Shown in pieces: positions 20,473 to 28,651 of a stretch of 64,000 bases of DNA (its first letter is position 1; each line of letters starts with the position of its first letter). This DNA comes from Candidatus Moraniibacteriota bacterium. GTDB lineage: Bacteria > Patescibacteriota > Minisyncoccia > Moranbacterales > UBA1568. A program made the translations under genes and the position numbers. The notes under the pieces were generated by a model, which was given only the letters and a program-made list of their open reading frames with translations, did no database searches and was not told where the DNA came from. Where the stretch lies: contig CP064974.1 in assembly GCA_016699385.1 (NCBI GenBank), positions 468,466 through 532,465 on the forward strand. Direction: 5' to 3'.

Positions 20473-21555
20473 CTATTTCTCGATTTCCCGAAGTGCTTCA
20501 AATAACTTCCGCTCTTCGCGAGAGAGATGCTTCGGAATACGCACGGTCACCGTCACCAAATGATCCCCTCTTCCCCACGAGCTCCCTACAGGGAGGAGCC
20601 CTTTGCTTCGCACGCGGAATACTTCACCAGACTGTGTGCCTGCAGGAATCTTCATAGAAATATCCCCCTCAATAGTCGCGACACTCACTGTGTCACCAAG
20701 TGCGGCACGAACGGAAGAAATCGAGATATTCGAAAGCACATCATTTCCCCGTCGCGAAAAAGTCGGATGCGGTCGCACATGAATTGCAATCAGAAGATCG
20801 CCCGACTGACTCCCTGCTTCACCCGCCTCACCCTCTCCCGAGAGGGAGAGCATCTGCCCATCCTCAATGCCCGCGGGAATATCCAAGGGAATCTCCTCCG
20901 ACTTTTTCACATGTCCTGACCCGCGACATTCTGAACATTTCTCCGCATACACTTTTCCTCGACCCTGACAGTCACCGCAGACATCCGCCTGCTGAAACGT
21001 CCCCAGGATACTCCGCACTGTTCGTCGTATCTGTCCTGTTCCATGACATGTCGAGCAGTCTTTTTCTTTCGATCCTCGCTTCCCGCCTGTCCCCGAGCAT
21101 GATGAACACGATACTTCTCGTCGAAGCGAAATCGTCTTCCGTACGCCGCTCGCCATTTCCTCAAACGAAATTTCAACATCAACCTGAATATCCGAACCGC
21201 GTCGCCGAGACCGCCCCCGCCCCGATCGACCACCGCCAAAAATATCCGAAAATATATCCTCAAAGCCCCCTTCAAAGTGGAAATTGCCATTTGAGAAACC
21301 CTCGAAACCGCCAAAGCCAGCTCCTCCACCACCTCCGCCCCCTTGCGAAAATGTTTCTCCGAACTGGTCATATTGCGCCCGTTTCTCCTTGTTCGAGAGC
21401 ACCTGGTACGCCTCATTTATCTCTTTGAACTTCGCCTCGTCGCCCCCCTTTTTGTCTGGGTGATGCGCGTGCGCGAGCTTTCGATACGCCTTCTTGATCT
21501 CATCCGCCGACGCACCCCGAGCGACGCCAAGCATCTGATAGTAGTCTTTCGCCAT
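20473..21555 (-). CDS. dnaJ: molecular chaperone DnaJ
   Basis: J-domain KDYYQMLGV...HPDK, G/F-rich linker, four CxxCxGxG zinc-finger repeats, C-terminal domains. Confidence 0.9.
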   Translation of the reverse strand: MAKDYYQMLGVARGASADEIKKAYRKLAHAHHPDKKGGDEAKFKEINEAYQVLSNKEKRAQYDQFGETFSQGGGGGGGAGFGGFEGFSNGNFHFEGGFEDIFSDIFGGGRSGRGRSRRRGSDIQVDVEISFEEMASGVRKTISLRREVSCSSCSGTGGKRGSKEKDCSTCHGTGQIRRTVRSILGTFQQADVCGDCQGRGKVYAEKCSECRGSGHVKKSEEIPLDIPAGIEDGQMLSLSGEGEAGEAGSQSGDLLIAIHVRPHPTFSRRGNDVLSNISISSVRAALGDTVSVATIEGDISMKIPAGTQSGEVFRVRSKGLLPVGSSWGRGDHLVTVTVRIPKHLSREERKLFEALREIEK

Positions 21556-21750
21556 AATCAGAAAATATACATACAATGTCCCCAGTATAAACCAAAATAA
21601 AAAAATTAGCAATCACCGAAAGTGAGTGCTAATTCCAAGCATTCAAACATCCAGAAACCCCAAAAAAGAAAAGAAAACCCGCCAACAGTCCAAAGACATG
21701 GCGGGCAAAGTATACCAATCAATCCGCTCAAAACCTTATCCAAACAATCG

Positions 21751-23724
21751 TCATTCAGACTCGCCGGATACCTCCCCTTCCAGAATCGTGAAAGTAAATG
21801 AGAAAACTGTCGTGGAGCGATCGCTCTGTGTGACAATTTCCGTATAGTCAACTTCCGCAGTAACGGTATAGGCGCCAGGTGTTGTCGGCACAACGAAGGA
21901 AAACTGCTCGTTGGCAATATCTCCCGTCCGAAGATGATCGCGCCGCGTCTGGTCGAATCCGATGATAACTGGATTTTCTCCGTATTCCGGTCCTTGGATC
22001 CGATACTGCGTATAGACGTAATCCTGCCCAAATGGCGTCCCAGTATTGGAAATCGTCACCGCCACGTCTACAGTCTGTCCCGAAACCACTTCATTCAAGA
22101 AGTAAAACTGAATGCCCAAATGAGCATTTTCCTTGATAACGAACGAGTAGGCATTGCTCTTGTTATTCGTCATCTTCGATTCCCCAAACGACTTGTCCGA
22201 ATTGGCAACCGCCGTGAAGCTATACCGACCCGGATACGCCGGGTAGTCACCATCCTTGAATCCAACACAATGACTCACGTTCTTGGACTTCCCAGTCCGC
22301 ATATCCTTTTTACTGATCATTTCGTAACCGAAATGTCTCGGACTTCTGTCTTCATTGTAGCCTTTGGACAGGTAGAAACTCAGCTTGACATCCTTTGGCG
22401 CATCGCCATCACCTTTGCTCTTGACGTATGCCGTGGGACAGAGTGTGCTCCCCCAGTCGACATCGTCATGTTTGCGTCCACTACTTCGCTCGAACCACTC
22501 ACCGGATATGCCAATATCCGGAAGTTTCCTACCACTCGAAGGAGTAAGTCCAGTCTCAAGAGTCTCCGAAGGATCTGGCTGATACCCTGAGTACGGGTCA
22601 ATAGCCTTGTCGCCATTCATGCCCGGACCATCCGTAAGTACCAATATTTCCCGATTCGTTCCGGCGATGGCATACGCGACACCAGAACGTTCAACAGATA
22701 ATGACTGCTGAATATATTGATCTGCTGCCTGAGCTGGATATGTCCAAGTGAACATTGCTTTAATTTCAGACACCACCGACGAAAGCCACGAGATAACAGC
22801 CGAACTAGCCCGTTTCCACCTACTGTCCACAACCTGGTCAGTTTTAACGACTCCATTATTCTCTTCACTAGACCGGAGCATCCGCTCCACCGTATCGGTG
22901 ACTCCCTGACAGGCTTCGTTCTGAGAAACAACTTCCGTCACCCAGTAGTCATCTCGAGAAGAATCCACAGTCCGATACCAGGCGTTGGCATTCGGACAAT
23001 AATCAGATCCTTGAAAGAGATATTGTCCCAATGAAGCAATCGATTTCTCGCCTTTCGAGATGAGTGTGGCAGGATAATTAGATGCAAGGAACTGAGTCGG
23101 TTCAACCCAGCCACAATTGTCAGAAAGAGTTCCTCCATCCTTACCCACACAGCCATTGCCACGAAACTCTTTGTCGGGATCCTTAGCATCCAGATGAATG
23201 CCGGAGTGGAGATGATCCATTCGCTCCCCATTATCCGTAAATACGGCTACGGAAGCGATTCGATCGCCCGCCTTAACTTTCGTCAAGGAGTCTTTCTTGC
23301 ATCTCCTCTCATTAAGATATGAATCATCAAAGGAAATATGCCCGTACAACGCGAAGAAAACTCTCCCTTCCACGGTGTAGTGGCGAAGAAGAATCGCCCC
23401 ACCAGGAATGTCATAGGCGCTAGGATCCGGCTTCGCTTTACCGGATCTACCTCCGAATCCTCTCAATCCCGACCCGTAGTTTTCGACACAGCCATCAGCT
23501 ATAGCAACGACTGCAGTATCAAAAGAACGACAGAAATCATCCCCAACATGACCGGGATATTGACCAAATTGGTAACAATCTTCGGCATGACGATATCCAA
23601 CCGGAGCATTCCATCCATTAGAACGATAATCAATGACATTGCCGTTGCCAGCACTCCAAGAGAAGCTGGCGGGAAACATCCATAAGACCAGAATGAACAT
23701 CGCAATAAACGAGTGTCTATTCAC
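21751..23724 (-). CDS. secreted M23/LytM-domain peptidase with large C-terminal beta-rich (Ig/CARDB-like) region
   Basis: Signal peptide; YPGHVGDDF...YGHIS...HLHSGIHL zinc-ligand pattern of M23 peptidases; 657 aa. Confidence 0.6.
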   Translation of the reverse strand: MNRHSFIAMFILVLWMFPASFSWSAGNGNVIDYRSNGWNAPVGYRHAEDCYQFGQYPGHVGDDFCRSFDTAVVAIADGCVENYGSGLRGFGGRSGKAKPDPSAYDIPGGAILLRHYTVEGRVFFALYGHISFDDSYLNERRCKKDSLTKVKAGDRIASVAVFTDNGERMDHLHSGIHLDAKDPDKEFRGNGCVGKDGGTLSDNCGWVEPTQFLASNYPATLISKGEKSIASLGQYLFQGSDYCPNANAWYRTVDSSRDDYWVTEVVSQNEACQGVTDTVERMLRSSEENNGVVKTDQVVDSRWKRASSAVISWLSSVVSEIKAMFTWTYPAQAADQYIQQSLSVERSGVAYAIAGTNREILVLTDGPGMNGDKAIDPYSGYQPDPSETLETGLTPSSGRKLPDIGISGEWFERSSGRKHDDVDWGSTLCPTAYVKSKGDGDAPKDVKLSFYLSKGYNEDRSPRHFGYEMISKKDMRTGKSKNVSHCVGFKDGDYPAYPGRYSFTAVANSDKSFGESKMTNNKSNAYSFVIKENAHLGIQFYFLNEVVSGQTVDVAVTISNTGTPFGQDYVYTQYRIQGPEYGENPVIIGFDQTRRDHLRTGDIANEQFSFVVPTTPGAYTVTAEVDYTEIVTQSDRSTTVFSFTFTILEGEVSGESE

Positions 23725-23872
23725 GACCTATTCCTTTTCTGTTGTGCAGATATGTTAAACAACTATCCGGAATATTTCTCCGAATCCCTACCTCTCTCAA
23801 AGATATTTGAAAGAGGATGAGGAATCTAAGAACAGCGTTTACCAAGAAACACAACTAATAAGAAAACACTAC

Positions 23873-24502
23873 TCAAAAAATCTTCAAAGAATCTAGAAAT
23901 CTCTGAAAAACTGCTTCGGATTCTTTCGAAGTTGAAAACTGATATCCATCGAAAGTAATCCTCCGAATGTCATAATACCAATCTTTTTTATCAAGGAAAA
24001 TTATTGCCTCACCAGGAATAGGGCAATACCCTTCCCCAGCTCCACATGATTGCTTCTCCTTGCTAAGGAATATATCATTACTCCCGATGTGGATGCGTGA
24101 CCAGTCCTTCAAAAAAGATCTGTCGAGTGGCGCACCCCCTTCAGAAGAACTACCCGTAGGAGCTACATATACCTGAATGTCACCGTACGCCCTCTTCAAA
24201 TCATCTGTCTTTGCAACAAAAGAGACCATTGGGATATAATCCTTGTCTTTTACAGTGTAGACATTTGAAGGATACTGTACTTCGAAGCCGTATCGATTAC
24301 TCCTATATGTTTCCCAATCCGCGGAATCCGCTACCATTAGAACTCCTTCTGGGGCAGATACTGATTGAGATTGATCTTGAGATACCAGTTCCGAACGAAA
24401 AGAAGACTTTTTAGTATAAAGAAAAGCTAACCCAAGAATGGGAATGATTACCGCTCCTGCGATGCTAACGATAGTTGTCCTCTTTGACATAAAAACTGAC
24501 AT
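23873..24502 (-). CDS. hypothetical membrane-anchored/secreted protein
   Basis: 209 aa; N-terminal TM helix; no family recognized; lies immediately distal to the CRISPR array. Confidence 0.4.
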   Translation of the reverse strand: MSVFMSKRTTIVSIAGAVIIPILGLAFLYTKKSSFRSELVSQDQSQSVSAPEGVLMVADSADWETYRSNRYGFEVQYPSNVYTVKDKDYIPMVSFVAKTDDLKRAYGDIQVYVAPTGSSSEGGAPLDRSFLKDWSRIHIGSNDIFLSKEKQSCGAGEGYCPIPGEAIIFLDKKDWYYDIRRITFDGYQFSTSKESEAVFQRFLDSLKIF

Positions 24503-24954
24503 AGAAATAGAAGGCGTGTCCAGTTCCCTCTTTGAGAAAGAGTACTACAAACACTGGGAAACGTCAATATTATGTATGCGTCCACCCATCTTTGCACTCC
24601 CCGGTCAGAAAAGGATTATCGCCACTCGTTTGGCCTGCGATGAATTGTAGCGGAGAACATTTGTTTCCAAAAGCGAAGTGTACCCGTTCGGTATTGAACC
24701 AGAGGAGATACTCCACAAGCTTCTGATTGAAAACCTGAATATCCTAAGAATCTATCTCAATCCCCCCCCTCAAAGATATATGATTCTTGCCAGAGCTTTA
24801 TCTAAAACAAAACTATGCCAAGAAAAATCTATCCGAGTGATATCACTCGAGAACAGTTTGAGACCATTTATTTCGTTCTCAAATCAGACAAAAAGAAAAC
24901 CAAACCAAGAAAACATAATCTCTACGATATCTTTTGTGCTCTGCTCTACATCCT

Positions 24955-26599
24955 GAAATCGTGTTGTCAGATTGTGTAGGTCTTATTGCGTGTACGGCTA
25001 CACGGTAGTATTCGGATATCTACAAAAGTAGAAATTGTGTAGGTCTTATTGCGCCGAATACTCCGAAAGAAACTTTGAAATCTACAAAAGTAGAAATTGT
25101 GTAGGTCTTATTGCGCTCCGAACGGGGAACTACTACTTTTACATCTACAAAAGTAGAAATTGTGTAGGTCTTATTGCGGGTTCTGTGGATAATGTGGCAA
25201 CGGAATCTACAAAAGTAGAAATTGTGTAGGTCTTATTGCGAAGAGATGATATTCTTTGCTTTACTATCTACAAAAGTAGAAATTGTGTAGGTCTTATTGC
25301 GATACACCAAAGAAAATAACCAAACTAATCTACAAAAGTAGAAATTGTGTAGGTCTTATTGCGAACCAAGCAAAGAAACTTGAGAAGAATCTACAAAAGT
25401 AGAAATTGTGTAGGTCTTATTGCGGCGCGTGAATAACTCTCTCTATTAAATCTACAAAAGTAGAAATTGTGTAGGTCTTATTGCGATACGCGAGCATAAC
25501 AAAGCCTTCAATCTACAAAAGTAGAAATTGTGTAGGTCTTATTGCGGTCACCATTTTCAGTGCCGATTTTGATCTACAAAAGTAGAAATTGTGTAGGTCT
25601 TATTGCGAGGGAACACCCGGGCTTGTTTCCGAAATCTACAAAAGTAGAAATTGTGTAGGTCTTATTGCGTTCGATTTCTGGGAAGTTCTCACTGTTATCT
25701 ACAAAAGTAGAAATTGTGTAGGTCTTATTGCGAGGAGATGGATGGTGGTATGCTAGAATCTACAAAAGTAGAAATTGTGTAGGTCTTATTGCGTAAAAAT
25801 CCTTGATAGCAATAATGAAATCTACAAAAGTAGAAATTGTGTAGGTCTTATTGCGCAACTGGAATTAACCAGCATCGTCCCATCTACAAAAGTAGAAATT
25901 GTGTAGGTCTTATTGCGGTGAGGAATATGGATACAGTGATGGAATCTACAAAAGTAGAAATTGTGTAGGTCTTATTGCGGATCTTTGAGAAAAACGAACT
26001 CGTATATCTACAAAAGTAGAAATTGTGTAGGTCTTATTGCGGTGCGGTCATTGGGTACTGGATCAAAATCTACAAAAGTAGAAATTGTGTAGGTCTTATT
26101 GCGGCGTGTCGAACGAGAGAAGCAGGCTATCTACAAAAGTAGAAATTGTGTAGGTCTTATTGCGGTCTGCTTTCTTACTGCTTCGGCGAGGATCTACAAA
26201 AGTAGAAATTGTGTAGGTCTTATTGCGCGTCGAAGAAATAAAGAGCAGTCAAATCTACAAAAGTAGAAATTGTGTAGGTCTTATTGCGCCGATGTGGCTA
26301 AAGCCATATCGTTGTATCTACAAAAGTAGAAATTGTGTAGGTCTTATTGCGATGGATTCATCCAGCCCGTCGTCATATCTACAAAAGTAGAAATTGTGTA
26401 GGTCTTATTGCGATGATAACGCCTACCGAAGACGCACTATCTACAAAAGTAGAAATTGTGTAGGTCTTATTGCGATGTCCATGTAAACCTGACCACCCAT
26501 ATCTACAAAAGTAGAAATTGTGTAGGTCTTATTGCGAGTATAGATATTGGGTTGATAAGTCGAATCTACAAAAGTAGAAATTGTGTAGGTCTTATTGCG
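24955..26599 (-). CRISPR. type V-A CRISPR array: 26 identical 36-nt repeats plus 1 degenerate terminal repeat, spacers 25-27 nt
   Basis: Plus-strand repeat ATCTACAAAAGTAGAAATTGTGTAGGTCTTATTGCG at 25018, 25080, 25143 ... 26564 (period 61-63 nt). The reverse complement, CGCAAUAAGACCUACACAAUUUCUACUUUUGUAGAU, ends in the canonical Cas12a crRNA handle (UCUAC-UUUU-GUAGA stem-loop), so the array is transcribed on the minus strand from the cas2-proximal leader. The repeat at 24955-24990 keeps only the leader-proximal 20 nt (ATTGTGTAGGTCTTATTGCG). Confidence 0.95.
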
Positions 26600-26801
26600 A
26601 GCCATAAAGGCTTGGATAAGCCAAGAATATACAAATCCCGAAAAAATAGGGACGAACTCTTGGCTTATCCATGCAAAACCCAGATATTCAGGTCGGGGTT
26701 TTGCGTTTTTCTGAATACAGACGCAATAAAAAATATAAGGCCCATTTCAATTTCCACCTAAAAGGTGATTGAATTGTCAAGGTTCTTCTTGCGGGGAAAA
26801 G
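26600..26801 (-). promoter_or_regulatory. CRISPR leader (about 200 nt, AT-rich) with candidate -35 TTGACA
   Basis: Region between the cas2 stop and the first repeat. Minus-strand TTGACA at 26780..26775. No clean -10 identified. Confidence 0.5.
26609..26675. repeat. inverted repeat in CRISPR leader abutting the first repeat (two copies of palindromic CTTGG-ATAAG-CCAAG motif, 16/17 bp complementary, 32-nt spacer)
   Basis: GGCTTGGATAAGCCAAGA (26609-26626) versus TCTTGGCTTATCCATGC (26659-26675). Each arm is itself palindromic. The loop contains the small hairpin TCCC-GAAAAAATA-GGGA. Confidence 0.55.
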
Positions 26802-27092
26802 TCATGAGATCATGATAACCGTCTCTTCTTCACGTTTTGCATACCCGTAGCGCTTCACCTTCTTGGCGCATCCTTCGCACACCTGGAACACCACGATGCT
26901 ATCCGCTCCGGTAAACGTCTTCTTGTACTTCAATTCTATCTCAATCAGCACATTTTGCAAGACCCGATCGCTCTCGCGCAACTGGAATACGCTGTATTGG
27001 ATTCGCCTACCGTATTTCTCCAGAAACTTGGAAAAACGAGTGCGCGTTCGATTATCTTCAAAGTCGTAGGAAACTATTAGCATAAATATCAA
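26802..27092 (-). CDS. cas2: CRISPR-associated endoribonuclease Cas2
   Basis: 96 aa; MLIVSYDFEDNRTRTRFSKFLEKYGRRIQYSVFQ typical Cas2 N-terminus; ATGA overlap with cas1. Confidence 0.85.
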   Translation of the reverse strand: MIFMLIVSYDFEDNRTRTRFSKFLEKYGRRIQYSVFQLRESDRVLQNVLIEIELKYKKTFTGADSIVVFQVCEGCAKKVKRYGYAKREEETVIMIS

Positions 27093-28060
27093 CGGATGAT
27101 AAACGACTGAAAACTTTCTTCATCGTCATTCAATACTCGGTAATAATATCCTCGGACGAAATCGTATATTTCGTTCTTGTGTTTCAAAATTTCTTCGAGA
27201 AATATCTTCGTATATCGCGCGCCACTTTGATAGTTCAACTGATAATTTCCATTTTTTACGGAAAAGTCCTTTGAATCAAAACGGTTCAAAGTGTGAATCT
27301 TGAGAAGTGAACGATCAACGATGCACCGAAACGGCTCCATCATATCGCATGCAAGCGACTTACGTTGGAAAAACAACTGATGATACACGCCCTTATAGGT
27401 ATCAAATCCAAAGAGACGCAAGAGCGAATCAGTGAAATGAAAGAGGTAGGTATATCCCATATCGAGCAATATATTATTCTCATCCACTTTGCCACGTGGC
27501 ACTCGCCGATACCAACCAAGCGACCCGAAATACTCACGAAAATACATCCGCCCCACCGTCCCCTCTATACCGCGAAGCGTTGCCAAATCCTCTGCACTCG
27601 CTATTTTTTCTTCCCATTCGCGCTTCCGATCAAGTAGCGACTTCCCCGAGAGTGACTCCTTGCCAATCGAGCGAATCAATGCAATCTGATTTCTAATTTT
27701 GTTCGAAACAATCTTGCGAGAAATTTCCAGGCATGCATTCAAAGAAAGATTGTATTGTTTTTGTCGCAACAAATAATTTCCTTCGGCATACGGACAGACA
27801 GAGGCGTATGTTCGAAACGACCGGTCAAGCAGGAACAGTGATACGCCGTTCTTCGAACAATTCGCAACGAGCTTTGTCGTCAAAGTCGCCTCTCCGTGAA
27901 GAAATATAGCCACAAGCAACTGAAGTGGCACTTTTTCTTTCGTTCCCTCTTCATTCGCAATAACAATATTTTCATTTCGAAACGAAAGATCGCACTCACC
28001 GAGTGTTGCGGTACTGATAAAGGCGATCTGTTTTTTCTCGAAATCCGGAGCAGTCAGCAT
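27089..28060 (-). CDS. cas1: CRISPR-associated integrase Cas1
   Basis: 323 aa; Cas1 fold and length; positioned between cas4 and cas2 as in V-A loci. Confidence 0.85.
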   Translation of the reverse strand: MLTAPDFEKKQIAFISTATLGECDLSFRNENIVIANEEGTKEKVPLQLLVAIFLHGEATLTTKLVANCSKNGVSLFLLDRSFRTYASVCPYAEGNYLLRQKQYNLSLNACLEISRKIVSNKIRNQIALIRSIGKESLSGKSLLDRKREWEEKIASAEDLATLRGIEGTVGRMYFREYFGSLGWYRRVPRGKVDENNILLDMGYTYLFHFTDSLLRLFGFDTYKGVYHQLFFQRKSLACDMMEPFRCIVDRSLLKIHTLNRFDSKDFSVKNGNYQLNYQSGARYTKIFLEEILKHKNEIYDFVRGYYYRVLNDDEESFQSFIIR

Positions 28061-28075
28061 AGGGTATGAAGTCGA

Positions 28076-28651
28076 CTATGAATTTTCTTCCAAAACAACA
28101 CGAGGAGCATCACCACGACACAACGTCCGATAAATACACCCGGCACATTTCTTCTCGTCGGCTATCGGATGCGTCTTTGATATATCGAAAGTCCGAATTC
28201 GATCGATCAAACCGAGAAACGACTCCCAGTCCTCAGCAGAAATATCGACGGGATATTTCTTGTTATCCGAAAGCGAGTGCAACACCGCCTCCCGAACTTC
28301 GTATCCTATTTCTTCGAGACAGAGGATTTGCCCCAAGACTTGCCACTTGTACCCGGGATATACAAATCGAATCTTCGTCTTCCGCTCAATGAGCGTCTTT
28401 GTCTCCACATCGTATATATCAATCTTCCCGACCAACCCGTATTTCTCGGACGAGACGCTCATCCCCTGCCGATACCGACTCCGCGAAGAATACGCGCCCG
28501 CATCCGAAGCCGAATGCCGAAGTGTCCCCATCTTTTGCGGAGACGCTTTGTAGTGTCCTTCGCCAATCGCTTCATATACGCCATGAAAATACAGCGACCG
28601 CGGACAAAATGCAAAATCGTTGAGCGCTGTTATTGGAATTTCGGAAAACAT
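28076..28651 (-). CDS. cas4: CRISPR-associated exonuclease Cas4 (RecB-like nuclease with Fe-S cluster cysteines)
   Basis: 191 aa; N-terminal FAFCPRSLYF and C-terminal CAGCIYRTLC cysteines (Cx...CxxCxxxxxC cluster pattern) plus RecB-nuclease core (D...E.K). Confidence 0.85.
   Translation of the reverse strand: MFSEIPITALNDFAFCPRSLYFHGVYEAIGEGHYKASPQKMGTLRHSASDAGAYSSRSRYRQGMSVSSEKYGLVGKIDIYDVETKTLIERKTKIRFVYPGYKWQVLGQILCLEEIGYEVREAVLHSLSDNKKYPVDISAEDWESFLGLIDRIRTFDISKTHPIADEKKCAGCIYRTLCRGDAPRVVLEENS

Noticed and set aside
20700-21428. 242-aa plus-strand ORF opposite dnaJ
   Set aside because: It is antisense to the Gly-rich and zinc-finger region of dnaJ; the Pro/Arg-rich translation is typical of reverse-frame artefacts.
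23725-23872. Searched intergenic gaps (23725-23872, 45681-45807, 50250-50566, 59398-59490) for tRNA-like cloverleaf signatures
   Set aside because: I saw no GTTCGAATC-type T-arm or acceptor-stem pairing, so no tRNA is reported.
25035-25229. ORF-track CDS (64 aa) and 26456..26761 (101 aa) lying inside the CRISPR array
   Set aside because: These translate through periodic repeats (the recurring YKSRNCVGLIA peptide), a classic artefact of ORF calling over CRISPR arrays.
26600-26801. Possible tracrRNA/anti-repeat in the leader (8-nt CGCAATAA match to the repeat at 26721-26728)
   Set aside because: The match is only 8 nt and there is no extended complementarity to the repeat. Type V-A systems process their own pre-crRNA and need no tracrRNA.
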